In this document: positions 1 to 44,869 of the stretch, one piece after another
How the letters are laid out: each line of letters starts with the position of its first letter
How positions within the stretch are numbered: position 1 is the first letter of the stretch
Source of the DNA: Amoebidium appalachense
Lineage: Eukaryota > Protista > Ichthyosporea
Reading direction: 5' to 3'
Assembly (NCBI GenBank): GCA_963693365.1
Contig: CAVNZM010000004.1
Span: 10,568,468 to 10,632,467 of the forward strand
Length of the DNA: 64,000 nt
The notes under the pieces: generated by a model
Seen by the model: the letters and a program-made list of their open reading frames with translations, nothing else
Told to the model about the DNA's origin: nothing
Databases searched by the model: none
Program-made: the position numbers and the translations under genes

Positions 1-2246
1 ACCCAACCCCCCCCCCCCACCCCCACCTCACCCCAACCGTTCCACTACTATTACCCTTGAGTCAACCTGGCTACCCACCGGATCCGGAATTATATACAAA
101 TCCAACCCCCCTCCCTCCCCCCCCTCCCCCCTCCCCCCCCCCTCCCCCCCCCCCCCCCCCCCCCTTCCCCCTATGCCCTTTCAACAACCGAACGTTGAAA
201 TTTCATTTTCGTCACTAATATGTACATAATAGTAAAATATCAGTGATCGTTAATAAAACTCAATTGAATTCAAAAAACTAGAACCGTTTGCAGTTGTGGT
301 CATGAATTTAAAAATTGTAGAAGCGTCTGCAGTTTATCCATATATATTTAAACTTTTTCATGCACGTATAGTATCCATATATTTATACAGATATACTGGC
401 ATATATCCAATTTCATATATAAATATTTCTTTCATGCATGTTCAACAAGTACAACCGTTTGCAAGTGAATGTAACAGCGCTAGTTTGTTAATAAAATCAC
501 AAAATACAACCGTTTGTAAGTGAATGCAACAGCGCTGGTTTGTTACGGTGCGTGATCTTCAAGTAACAGGGTTAAAAATGAAATTTAAAACCCTCAGGCG
601 ATTTAATAAGTAGGCTACTACAGCAATCGCTTACGGTAATAGATTAAACATATTTCAACATTTTTTATTTCCCATTTCAAAGTTTCATGACTAGCAACTA
701 ACAAAAAAACTGCTTACTGCTGTTATCAAGACTTGCTGTGTTGGGCTTGAAGGTGCTACACTGATACGAGACCTAGGGGGACATGGTATGTGCTTTTTGA
801 TTGGGGTCTTTTATATCGAAGCCCCGAGAAGACATGATGATCCGCCAGGAATATTCCCCCTGCTTCGGATTCCGAATTTGGAAAGCCTTGCCTTGATACA
901 AAAGGGGGGGAGGGGGCGGGTTTGAAGGAGGATAAAGAAAAAATATTACAAAAGAACTTCACCAAATAAAATTTATACATATACGCCTCCGACGGTCATT
1001 CATGCTAGGGTGAATCCAATCGACATGTGCGCACGCGCGTGCGGCCCGGGTGCGGCATGCGCATTCCAGGGGTTCGGTGATATTTTAAGGTTTATCCCCA
1101 TTTTAGAGATAGCATAATGCTCATGGACATGGTAAAGACTCTAAAGAGACCGTACATAGGCTATATACCCAAAACACAATAGGGCATCACGGTAACCTAT
1201 GTATTTCTGAAGCTTTTGAAAAAGATTCGAGGTCCATGAGGTGCACAAGTGACAATCATGCGTGACAATAGCCAAGTCACACCAGGCGGATAATAGGATT
1301 CTAATAAAAGCGTGAAATTTCGGCGTGATGGAACATTCCAGGCCACTGCTAACTTCATTAGTCAATAATCTCAGTACACATAAGATATATGGTGCTGTTT
1401 TGGTTGGTTCAACGGGCCTGAAAGAAGAGTCTTATCACGCAGTTCCCGATTAATTTGATACCCAAAACATCTACTAGTAGTACGCCACCATATAAGTATG
1501 GATCCGAGTGGTAGCCGGGGCGGGTCTGAGATCTGTAAATATAGCCCCAGCTTTGCAATTCAACACGTGTACGATTACATCTGTACATTGAACCATCTGA
1601 CCTGTGCACACAATTAAAAGCCCTTATGTAGTGGTTGGAGAAATGTTATGAATTTTTTTTTCCTGTCCTTGGGTATCATATAGCCACGATTTTCAAGACC
1701 TGTACAATCATGCATTTTAATTCTTGTGAACAGTTCACATGATTTAAGTCAAGAAAATCCCCCTACACCATCTTGGCATTTTATGGAATGCTTTTGTTAG
1801 AAACTCTTTTGAAGGCTGGCGAACACTGAATCACTGAGGCATCAATGCGAACATGTACACACAGTGACTTGCAAGTAATTTTTGATACCTTTGTAGTAGC
1901 TTAGAGCTAAGCATCAGCCCAACCAAATTTTTGGGCAATTAGTAAGACACCTTGCCTTTTTTTTGCCAACATCTAGCTGTATAAGTTTGCGTTCACCTGC
2001 GTCACCTCACATCATTTCTTCAATTCAGGCCCACGCGGTAAAACTGTAAAGATTGTAGATGCAGATGATCACTCTTTTGAACAGTGCCATACTCTGACAC
2101 TGTCAGGTTCAATGTTGGTGACATACGTATATACTTACATGACAGGACTTTTTCGAACGTGGGTTTTTACCACCCTTTCTTGTTGTTACTTAGCCACTCA
2201 CGCGTCAAGAAATTTTCCACGAGGATCTGAAGCATTTTGTCAATTT

Positions 2247-2461
2247 ACTCTTAGGCTGATCTGCCTGGCCTTCTCTTACCTTCCACATTGCTGTCCATCA
2301 GCCCAGTGTAGCTTCACGATCAGTGTGCATTAGAAAGAAAGGTGTGGGAATTAAAATGACAGCGGTATATAAGGGTGGCTGTTGTTGAACCTATATACAA
2401 AGAAAGTTCAGAATGCACCCGACCTAAATTGACCTTAAGTTATCCAGATCAGCCTAAGAGT
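2247..2461. repeat. 215-bp segment bounded by a perfect 17-bp inverted repeat, directly upstream of the RTK ATG
   Basis: actcttaggctgatctg (2247-2263) is the reverse complement of cagatcagcctaagagt (2445-2461). TATATAA lies inside at 2366-2372. Confidence 0.7.
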
Positions 2462-2469
2462 TATCAGTC

Positions 2470-32784
<30,315 letters not shown>

Positions 32785-32839
32785 TAGGTGTGTGTCTATC
32801 ATACACACACGCGCGCGTGCAGACACACACACAAACACG

Positions 32840-32908
<69 letters not shown>

Positions 32909-33640
32909 GCATTACTGCTGTGCTCATAATGGCTGTTTTTCTCGCATATATATGTTACATGGGTATCCATGAGTCTTATAATTTAATAATATATCTTTTC
33001 ACCTCTTTTTACCGCTTAGCCTTAGCTGCGCATCATCGACCGTCGGCATATTTTTTAAACTGGTTGTGTCACCGGGTTGCTGTGTTATAATATTAGATTG
33101 CCTTAATGTTTACCTAGTGTGACCAAACATCATATATTATTAATGTCATCCTAATGTCATCAGATCTCATTATTATTAATAACGTTATTATTGCTCAATA
33201 ATCCATAGCAATATGATATTATACAGTAAGAAGTGTACAGAGTAACTCAAGCCTGAAAGTTTGAAGCTGTGTACTTTTCCTCCCCTGATTAAAGTATTGC
33301 CATAGAGATCCATTAGTGGATGTATATATGAGCAACATCCACCCGTCAACCCAAGAGCCTATCTTGTTTAGCTGTCCGTGTATGCCTGCAACTTTATATT
33401 ACTAAAGCTAACTCAAGCATCCATTTGCCTGCCACTGCTGAGCAGTAGGTGGTATTTAAGTTATTCAGGGATCGAATATATCAAGTATATTTCTACTTCT
33501 TTAGTTGTTTTATTATTATTCCTACTTCTTTAGTTGTTTTATTAAAAATAAGGCTTTTTGCCATTCTTTCTTGAGACTTCCGTGGCAACTGCTCGCATGT
33601 ACATGTGCAGACACACAAATAGTGCATTGCACACACGCGT

Positions 33641-33808
<168 letters not shown>

Positions 33809-35284
33809 GCACGCACGCACGCACGTACGCACAGTCCAAATCATGCAGCGAAGTATCATCAGTATCACATCAACATCACTCCCTTAAGTTTATTAGACAG
33901 TCGACTAACAGCAAACCGAACAGTTTAATATTCAGTCTTCTGCGTAAGTGACGGATTCAAAACTAATATTAGTGCCAGCATGCATGCAAGTTCCCCAGTG
34001 GCCCGGGATCTGACCGTAGCTGTCGAGGTAGTCACCGCGTCAATGAGTCAGGGGACCATTGCGCGCTATAATGATTGCTACGGACATTTGTAACGGCTCA
34101 ACTCCGCCAGGTGACCTGCATTATTGGGTGGCGCCATGGCAGACTGCAGGGAGCCCGAGTACTGAGCAGGCAGTGCTGCCAGGCGCACTCGCTGGTTGCC
34201 CGAAGGCCCGAGCTCAAGATCGTAACTCAGCTGGTAAGATCGATTGGTCGCAGCCATTCAACAAGCTACCAATAAGATGCTCTGCTGGCACCATTCCTGA
34301 GGAAATGACTCACCCAATACTTCAAGATATATATTTCCTTTCTTTTTGTGCAAGCACCAAAGAAGAAGAAAAGCTACAACAAAACCGCTCTTCCTGCATA
34401 TCATTATTCTTTTAATTTTTATTATATCTCCAGCTTACGTATATGTCTCAATTAGCAGTCGGCGCCTGGGATCCATCGAATATCAGTGTGTACCAAAATT
34501 TCCAAATCTTTGTGCATGCAGTAAATTTATCATCAGTATCATACTATCTATATCAGCTTGTCTTTACCCATGTACAATCTACAGCCTGCCCAGCTATTTA
34601 AGCGATCAAAAATGAAATATTCACTTCGGACTATATACACAATTCACCTCTGCATTGTCTGCAGACAAGTCATCTCAGACTCATATGTCCGCTGGCCCGG
34701 GCTATCCCCAACCAGCGCCAGCGTTTACGTTTTTTTTGCGTTAGGTATTGGGAGAATACAATAGTGTGTTGGGCTTGTGTGATTGGTTGGTTAAAGGTGA
34801 GACGCATTCCAGCGCGATAAAAAAGTGACGCCAACTGACAGGTCTAGAAAAGTTTGGACAACATGTTACATGATGGATTTTCTAGCTATTTGCATTAAAA
34901 TAAATAATTATTGGCAATAATGGCTATATATATATATATATCTCCTGATCTCCTTGGAGTGCAACAAAAGCTACCTTTGCCGGGTCAACTTACCCCAGTG
35001 ACCGGTCCGCGGCATCGTTTCAAGATCTTATGCGAGGACAAGAGGGTGCGTCGCTATCCAATCAACCCAACTGCTTTGTTGTTACGCTTCGGGGAACAAT
35101 TTGCGAAGTGACACTTCCTTTGCACGGCTCAGTACATACTAATATTACTTTGAATACCCTCTGATTCATTTTTAGTCCTCACGTTTCATTCTGTCACACC
35201 TCTATCTGTTGTCGCTGAATATAAGCGACAAGATACATACATAGAAATAGCGTTGCCACGTTAGCAAAATACTCTTTTTAGACT

Positions 35285-38200
35285 ATGACGAAAATGAAGT
35301 GGCCCGCAACTTCAGAAGGCACCGAGCCGCTCGTAGACCAAGAGCTCCGGCCGTTTGGACACGAAAATGAAAACTCAAACGATCAAAAACGACGACCAAG
35401 GTCATTAAAACAAAAACTAATGGCAAGCACAGGGTTGTCTTCTAAGGATAAAAATAGTCCAGCTAGTCCCTCTGCAATTTCTTTCTCTTCACACGGTGGT
35501 TATTCGATGGATGGGTTCAACAATGGATCCACGTCCTCCCTCGGAGAAAACGATGTCATGCCACTTACTCTGACGTGGTGCGATGTGAATTACTATATTG
35601 AGCAGAAGGTGAGTGTGGCTTTTATGTGCGTGTGTGTGTGTGTGGGCGTGTACAATTGTGTGTGTGCGCGTGTTTATGTGTCAGTGTGCCCGTGTGTGTG
35701 TGTGAATCATTATGTGCAGATGGCACGGTATGAAGATGTGTGGAAGGGGCACTGTTTATGAATTGGAAGATGATACGTGTGTGCCTATTCCTTGCTGGGT
35801 AGGGTTGCGGGGTGGGTGATGTTGGGTAGCATGGTGTGATTGCAAAAGGTGCACCAGACACGGAAACCGGTTTGACCTTGACTGGGTGTCCGCAAGGACT
35901 GTGGCATGAGAAGCCTGAGGTAATTACAGCCAAGCGAATTGCATTTTCCGGATCAACATAACTATTGCTTTCTTAAATATCATTCAGCAGTTTGCACAGC
36001 CGCATACATGAACAGTATATACATGCCATATATGTCAGCAGTCACGCCGTGTACACCCGTGACGTGCATACACCCACACACACAAACATTCCATAATTAC
36101 AGAGGGTTATGTATACCTTCACACCCATTTGCGTACCTGTTGTAAAGGCTTAGTCACATGTTTACCACCATCACTATCTACTCGACCCCGCCCCTCCCAC
36201 CTCTTCTCCTGGAACACTCGTTCCCCCTCCCCCTCCCTCCCCCCCCCCCCCCCCCCCCCTCCTCCTCCTCCTCTTTCCAGCCACCTACAGAGAGAGATCC
36301 ACCAAGATATATTGCAGCTAACCCAAACATCTCTCACACCCAGGCATCCAACCAAACGATCAGTAAACAGATCTTAAAAGGGGTCACCGGGTCTGTGGGC
36401 CCAGGGGAGATGGTTGCCCTAATGGGCACCAGTGGGGCGGGAAAGACAACCTTCCTAAATCTTCTGTCTGGGAGAAACCTCGGGAGTGAGGGGAGGATGG
36501 AGGGGGAAATCAAAGTCAACGGCAACAGGAGAGACAGGTCGTTCAGGTACGGGTGGCGGGGTGATGGTCCCCTGGATGCTTATATGGTTATGTTCTGAAA
36601 TGGTCTTCTGAAATGGTCTTCCTTAATGGTTATGTCTGGTGTGTGGGTGCTGCATGCTGCATGTACGGCCTTTCTATTCTAAGGCGATGGCTCACGAACA
36701 CACAACTTTGCACGCCACCTAACAAATATCAACAAATATCACACTTATGCCTTCTCAGCCTGCCAAACGAACCCCCGTTCACCCACCATAACATTAACAC
36801 CCACACATCTACTCACGCCGTACAATGCACGTGCCCAATACACACACACCTTCTCTTAACAATTACATTTACCCACGCGTGTGAACGCACGCGTGCGCAC
36901 ACACACACACACACACTCGTACACACACACACACTTACACACACACTTACACACACGTATACAGGCGCATTTCCGCGTACGTCGAGCAGGACGACATTCT
37001 CATGCCCCTACTCACTGTCGAAGAAACATTCATATTCCACGCATATCTCCGCCTCCCATCCACATGGACAACAGAGGCCAAAAAATCATGCTATCGGTCA
37101 ATCATGAACGAGTTGGGGTTGAGTCATACCAGCGGAACAAGGATCGGCAACCACCAGCTGAAGGGGATAAGTGGCGGCGAGAGGAAGAGGGTGTCCATTG
37201 GGATCGAGCTAATCACTAACCCAAAGCTTCTGTTTTTGGACGAGCCGGTAGGTATTGCCTGTCACCCAAACACACCACACGCACAAACTCCTTGGCCTGG
37301 ATAAAGCATGCCAGACACGAGCCCTGCCTACCTGTCTGTTGGCCTTCCCTTCACTCCCCCCCCCCCCCCCCCCCCCCCCCCCCTTTACTTCCATGCAACC
37401 GGGCATGGTTGCTCTGTGTCGTGCATCTGTAAGCACACGCGTTTGTCGCTGCACTGCATTAGTTTGCACACACATCTTCACCGTTTTGCTCACCTTGCTT
37501 GCATAAGCAACCCTGCTCGTCTTTGATCAAGACGGGTTGACCCACCCAAGTTCAGTTGATGCTGCTGTCTGAGTTGGAGCGTCGTATATACGCGGGCTAA
37601 GGGGTCGAAACTCAGACGCAATTGATGACTTGGGCCCTCCCTGAGGATGGGCTCTGCTTATGACGCATACTGTGCGCATGGCTGATGCTGCATAGTTGAA
37701 TGTTTGCCTTTGCATGTGTCCTGCACCATGCTTCTCATCGTGTATGCGTACTTCGTACTGTGTTCCGCATTCAAACCCCCCCCCCCCCCCCAAAAAAAAA
37801 AAAATAATAATAATAATAATAAAAAAGTGTGCGCGCGAACACACACACACACATGCACGCACGCACGCACGCACGCACAACCAGATTCACACATTAACAC
37901 AAGTGCAATCCTGCACGCGCAGGCACACAGTCAAATATACACACTCTCCCTCTCCTCGAGCACCTTCGTTATCTCCCATAGCATTGGCTTTGTTGTAAAC
38001 CTGATGTAATCTCATACGGCTATCTAGAACTCTTTTACTTACTTTTCTTTTTTTTTTTTTTGCCCCCTTCGCTGGGCAGACCTCTGGGCTAGATGCCTTT
38101 ACCGCCTTTCACGTGATGAAGTACGTGCGTGCTCTGTCCGACAATGGGCGAGCAGTGATCGTTACAATCCACCAACCGCGTGCAAACATCTACGAGCTAT

Positions 38201-38964
38201 TTGACAAGCTGCTACTGCTATCCAACGGGGAGACTATCTACTATGGGCCTGCACACGAGGCTCAGAGGTGGTTCGAACAGGTGTGTGTGTGTGTATGTGG
38301 ACCGGGAGCGGGGGAGAGGTTTGAGGGGGCGGGTGTTCCTGTGTGCTTGGGTTTTCGAGCTGTGTATATGCTGGTGTGTTAAAACATTAGCCCCGTATGT
38401 GCTGTGGTGCCGGCGGTGGTAGGAGAGGGGTGGGCGTGTGACTTTTTTTTTCTTCCAGTGTGTGTGGGGGGGGGAGGGGGGGGGCATTATAGTTTCATAA
38501 GACTGATACTCTGGGGTGTATATCCATGCTAGATACTGGACATACTTTTATCCATGCTAGATACTGGACATACTTTTACAGCTGTTATGCCTTACTCTGG
38601 GATATATCCATGCTAGATACTGGATATACTTTTACAGCTGTTAATGTTCGATATCTCATGGCACAGATTGGCTACCCGTGTGGCAGCAACAACAACCCAG
38701 CCGACCACTTTCTGGACATCACCACCATCGACACCCGGTCGGCAGGCATGGAGGAGACCACCAAGCAGAGAAACCTGAGGATGGTCCAGGTGCGTGTGTG
38801 CGTGTGTGCGTGTGTGTGCTGGGGGGGGGGGGGGGGGGAGGGACGGGTAGAAGGGTTGGGTTGGGTGGGGTGTGTGTGTGTGGGTTTGTGTGGGTGGATG
38901 AGTGTCTATGCGAGTGTGTGGGTGGGTGGGTGGGTATTGGTAAGGGTGCGGATGGGTCTTTTTT

Positions 38965-39009
<45 letters not shown>

Positions 39010-39799
39010 TGGCCAGGTAGTCCAACCTCGTCTCCCCCACGGCATTTCAGTTCACAGTGTGTCCTGAGAACCAACCATACAGTCTTTATCCCACCCATAT
39101 GCACAGCTCCTGAGACCCAACCATACAGTCTTTATCCCACCCATATGCACAGTCTAACCCAGGCATCACCCACCAGGAATACCACGAGAGCAAATATTTC
39201 CAAGTGGCCAAACACGAAGCAACCAGCAAACGTCCCACCGCTGTCCTCCGCTCCAAAGACCTACTCACCCGTCTCCCTTTCTACCTGCAATTCGCCTATC
39301 TCTGGCGCCGCGCGGTGAAAAATTTCTTCCTCGATCGAAACGCAGTTGTTGCCGAGTTCATGCAAAATATTGTCCTTGCACTCTTGACTGGGTGCGTGTT
39401 TTTTGGGCTCGAAGACAACCAGAATGGGGTTCAAAACAGGAACGGCACGCTCTTCTTCATGGCTCTGATGTTTTCGTTTGGCCCGTCGCTTGCTGCCATC
39501 CAACTGTTCCAAGGCGAGAAGGTAGGGTTGTGTGTGGGTGTGTGGGTGGGTCAGTGGATGGCGGGATGAGAAGGGGAGGGGGGGGGGGGGGGCTCTAGAG
39601 TATTTGGGTCTCTGTTCCTCCCTTCGTTTCTGTGTTTGTGTTTCTCACGAGTTGAGGTGCCCCTGTGCGAGCCGACGTGTGTGTGTCTACGTGCACGTAT
39701 AACATCCATACAAAACCGCCAACAGGCTAGGGCAAATTGTTCTATCGATTTCTACTTCCTAGCACCAAGACGGCTTTTGTCGCTAACATATACACACGG

Positions 39800-39863
<64 letters not shown>

Positions 39864-40108
39864 CCCGTGTTCCTGCGTGAGCGGAGTGGCAAGCTCTACC
39901 AGGTGCTGCCCTACTACCTGGCCAAGACCTTTGCCGAGTTGCCCTTCCAGCTGTTGTTTCCCGTCATATTCGGGTCGGTGGTCTACTGGATGGTCGGGTT
40001 CAACCCCGACCCGGCCCGGTTCGTTTTCTTCCTGCTTGTGTGCCTTGCTCAGGTAAGCCTGCTTTTTTATCCCTGTCCTTCCCCGATTCCTCAGCCTCCC
40101 CCCCCCCC

Positions 40109-40139
<31 letters not shown>

Positions 40140-40152
40140 ACACACCCTCCCC

Positions 40153-40183
<31 letters not shown>

Positions 40184-40351
40184 CAACACTACCACCACTG
40201 CCGCTGCCACCACCACCACAAAACAAAAAACAAAAAAACATTATTCTCGTCCTGTTTGCTGTGTGCTCCGAGCCCTCATATATCACACCCTGTGACCTAT
40301 TCCTGGTAATGATGCCCACCTGGGACACACAAACACACGAGCGGACACATA

Positions 40352-40399
<48 letters not shown>

Positions 40400-40841
40400 A
40401 GCATCGCTGTATCACACGCAACACGTCACCTTGCACCATGCGCTGCACACACACGCACACACATACACATTCACACACACACGAAACACATTCACACACA
40501 CACAAACGCACATATTCTCAAACACACACACATTCACGAATATGTTGCTAACAAACCCTTCGTTCTTGTTTTGTTGGACACAGTACTTCACCGTTCAGGG
40601 TGTAGGCATCGTCCTTTCAGCCCTCTGCAAGGCCGATGTTGCCGCCGCCACTGCCCCGATAGTTGTGATTTTCTTCATGCTGTTTGGGGGGTTTTATCTG
40701 AATTCCGAGAATGTATGGGTGGGGTTTGTGTGGATCGAGAAGATCAGCTTTGTCATGTACTGTTGGCGGGCCTTCATGATCAATGAATATGAAGGTAGGC
40801 TCTGTTTTCCCTGATGCCCCCCCCCCCCCCCCTCCCCCTGC

Positions 40842-40876
<35 letters not shown>

Positions 40877-41245
40877 ATACACGCACCCTGCTAATAGAAA
40901 AAAGCATTGCACACAGTTTATTTTGACCCTATTGTTGATTTACTCAGGGGTTGTTCAACTATCACACCCATCATGGCACCCTCTTGGCTATTCAATTTAT
41001 CAACTAGCTGTTATTTGCGACGAAGCATTTAGCTACCACCACCACCCACAGGCCTCACCTTCACATGTGATCCTGCCGGTGGGCGGTGCCAGGCCACTGG
41101 TGAGCAAGTACTTCTTGCATTCAACATGCAGGGAGCAAACAAGTGGCTGGACCTGGGATTGCTGCTGTGCATCGGCATGACGATACGCATAGCCGGCTAC
41201 CTTGTGCTAAGATTCATCGGCAAGCCGAAAACGAAGCTGCACTAA
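35285..41245 (+). CDS. ABC transporter subfamily G (White-type half transporter, NBD-TMD), ~690 aa, 9 exons
   Basis: Exons 35285-35608, 36344-36546, 36965-37247, 38080-38280, 38667-38789, 39177-39521, 39864-40052, 40584-40794, 41052-41245 (2073 nt). Walker A GTSGAGKTT, Q-loop AYVEQDD, signature ISGGERKRVSIG, Walker B/D-loop LLFLDEPTSGLD, H-loop VTIHQP, NPADHFLD and VFLRER...YYLAK motifs, and six hydrophobic segments. Confidence 0.95.
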
Positions 41246-41277
41246 ATAGATTTAGTCAGTGGGTGGGTGTGGTGGAG

Positions 41278-41355
41278 TTGCTCTGGAAAGCAAAGTTTTG
41301 AACGTTTCGAGAAGTGGAGTTGCTCTGGAAGGCAAAGTTTTGAACGTTTCTAGAA
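41278..41355. repeat. 42-bp tandem duplication just downstream of the ABCG stop
   Basis: gtggagttgctctggaa(a/g)gcaaagttttgaacgtttc occurs twice. A similar ~41-bp local duplication (acggatatcttttgattttattgaatctctttttaaattc) lies at ~41600-41680. Boundaries are approximate. Confidence 0.85.
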
Positions 41356-41415
41356 CAAGTTCCTAACATACTCGTATGCAGGGCGGGGAGGGGAAATGTT
41401 TTTTTTTTTTTTTTT

Positions 41416-41446
<31 letters not shown>

Positions 41447-41754
41447 GGGGGGAACAAGATATTGGTTAGTAATGGTTTTGAAATCAAAATATTTAAAGTA
41501 AAATGTAAATGTACCGTAGCTCGGACGTACACAAAGAAATGCTCAACACCTGCACAGCTGTCAGGAAAAAGCTTCTTCGCCACTTACCTTCGTGTAGTTA
41601 CGGATATCTTTTGATTTTATTGAATCTCTTTTTAAATTCTACGGATATCTTTTGATTTTATTGAATCTCTTTTTAAATTCAACAGACTTCGAAGGGACAC
41701 TGTCGAGGACAGTGGCTTGGGCCGTGTGGCATTAATATCCGTCTGGACTGACTC

Positions 41755-41977
41755 TACAACGATATCACTCATAATGATAAAGGCTTTGGTCAGTATCAGA
41801 CATAACGTGCGTCTCACGGCATTTTGATGGATGGGGTTGGAGGGAGGGGGGGGGGGGGGGCTGGACTGACTCTACTTTCTGATACCCCCTCTTACGCTTT
41901 TTTTTCAGGGAGCTAAAAGTTTTAGGTTTATGTACACAAAGTCAAGATCCTTTATCATTATGAGTGAGATCGTTGTA
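41755..41977. mobile_element. MITE-like element with 29-bp inverted repeats and TA ends (Tc1/mariner-like)
   Basis: tacaacgatatcactcataatgataaagg (41755-41783) versus cctttatcattatgagtgagatcgttgta (41949-41977): reverse complements with one mismatch. The outermost TA on each side could be the target-site duplication. Confidence 0.6.
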
Positions 41978-42711
41978 AAGTTCCAAACGCACCGGAAACA
42001 ATCACCATTCCACAGGCGGTTGGTGCGTGTGCGGTCGAAGCCACGCCAAGCAGAACAAAAAAGAACCGTAGTTTTGTATTGTCTGTGTGCACTCAACCGT
42101 TGACGGTTTCAAAAAAAGGCGCGGAGGGAACCGAAGGAAATGGCGCGGAGGCTGAAAAGGCGCGGAGGGAAGCGAAATTTTTCACGGCAAAAAAGACTTT
42201 GGCGCCAACAGCAGGGAACACAGCAGGCACTCGCAAAGACAACAGGAACGCAAAAAGGCGAGAATACGCGTTCATGATTGGCACGTGATCATCAAGGGAA
42301 AAGAAGAGGTGGGCATTGGAGGGTGTGTCACCTGAGCCAATGAACAAGAAAAAAGCATACTGTAACATGTGGGACCCCCCAAACCCCCGTCTCTCTAGAT
42401 TATACTGGATAGAGATCTATGGATAGGAGAGGTATGGTCAGGGGGGGGGGGGGGGGGGGGGGGGAACAACAGAGAGGCAAAGGGAAGGAGAACAGGCAGT
42501 GGATGAAAGGCACGGGGTCGGAGGAGGAGGGAAGCGGCATGAGGTGTGTGTGAGGGGGGAAAGCGCAGAAGGAAAACCTCTTACGCAGGTGGAGCATGGT
42601 GCACATCAGGTCTACACCAACTGGTTTGTTTGAAGTTTTGAACTTGGTTGAATCTGGCACGACCCCCCCACCTGTGGCTAGTGGCATGCATTGTAGCACT
42701 GTGAAGAGCCA

Positions 42712-42749
<38 letters not shown>

Positions 42750-43384
42750 CAGTAGGCTGTTCTTTCTGCTCAAAACGTTTTTGCTAGTTGGTGTATATTA
42801 AACCAACATAAAAACCAGCGCTTGCGCATGCTTTAACATACATGCTGCGTAGGCCTTTCGTAGAAAAGGGTTTGAGGCCTACAACATAATGTAAAGTGGA
42901 CACTGAGCGGAAAACTTTGGCACGCAGGGGTTGTTGGATTGGGCAGGTGTTGGAAGGTGTACATTGATGGGCTCACCCCTGTTTTTCTTTTATTTTTTTT
43001 TCCCGTTTTACCTCGATCAGAGCTGGAGACTTGCCACCTTAATTTCACTTAGGCACCGGCTGCACTGCCCGTACCCCCTTGCAGGGTGACATTCCAATTT
43101 AGCACATAAGAATACATACTATTGCAATGATGCTCTTCCCGGACCCTGATGTATTCACTGACCAATCAGACGGACTGAGGCCAGTCTAGGGCTGTGAGCA
43201 AACCGACCTAGTGAGTGAGCAACAATTGGACCTCGACTAGTAGATGATTTATCATGAGAGAGCGTGACAAAGGGGACATCGCGAGGACACTGTAGTAGAG
43301 TCGGAGAGAGAAGTCACTGTGGGGAAGGGGCCGGAATCAAAGTCTGGGGGAAGAGGGGGTGGGGTGGGGGGGGGGGGGGGGGGG

Positions 43385-43421
<37 letters not shown>

Positions 43422-43509
43422 CCTCGTGCATAGGAGGGTGCAACCACATCAGCAAAGCCATGAGTGCTGTCACGTGAGCTGAATTGTCCTGGAAAAAAAA
43501 GGGGGGGGA

Positions 43510-43822
43510 GCAGAATGATTCTGCTGTTATAATAATCAGTAGCATTAACCTGCAGAATTATGCTGCTCACTGAACCACTGAGAATTATTCTGCCAAGAAA
43601 AGTCTATTAATCTGCAAAAGGCAGGATGGATTACTCTGCAAAAGCAGGGTATTATGCAAAAACGCAAGTTTATCATTTCTGCCAGTACCGAAAGCAGCAT
43701 TATTCTGCTCAAAGTAGAATGATTCTTCTCAGTGATAATTCCGAGGCTGCTCCGAGCAGAATAATTCTGCCTGTTGCATAATAGCTTGCTTGGAGCGCAA
43801 TTAATGCAAGTTGATTCTGCCA
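43510..43822. repeat. Cluster of a 15-bp palindromic motif GCAGAATNATTCTGC
   Basis: Near-complete copies at 43510, 43552, 43580, 43694, 43714 and 43756, plus half sites. Confidence 0.8.
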
Positions 43823-44157
43823 ATGTGGTTGGGCCCTTCAGGTGTTGCAGGCCCCGCGACGTGTTCACGCTGTATGTAGCATGGTGGTCGACCGTAGCCT
43901 TATTAGCTGGTAATTCCATTACGGAGCTGGGATAGATATTGGAACAGATACTACTATAGTATATGCTAATTCGTTGTATTAGGGTCATCCCCCCCCCCCC
44001 CCCCCCCCCCCAACCAAAAAAAACAAACCAAAAAAAAAAAAGATACGGTTGAAACTTTGAAACTTTGAAAACTTATTTATAATAGGTTGAATAACCTTAG
44101 TCATACCCCATGAATAAATTTTGACTACTGTCTATCAGTGAAACTGCTCTCCCCTCG

Positions 44158-44748
<591 letters not shown>

Positions 44749-44829
44749 CCCCACCCCCCCCCTTCCCCCCCCTGAGCTCCGGATCCGCCCCCCCTCCTCC
44801 CCCTGGTCGAGATCGATGGCCCTCCCCCG

Positions 44830-44869
<40 letters not shown>

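Noticed and set aside
37600-37660. Hammerhead-like words GAAAC and CTGAGGA
   Set aside because: The required stems II and III cannot be formed around them.
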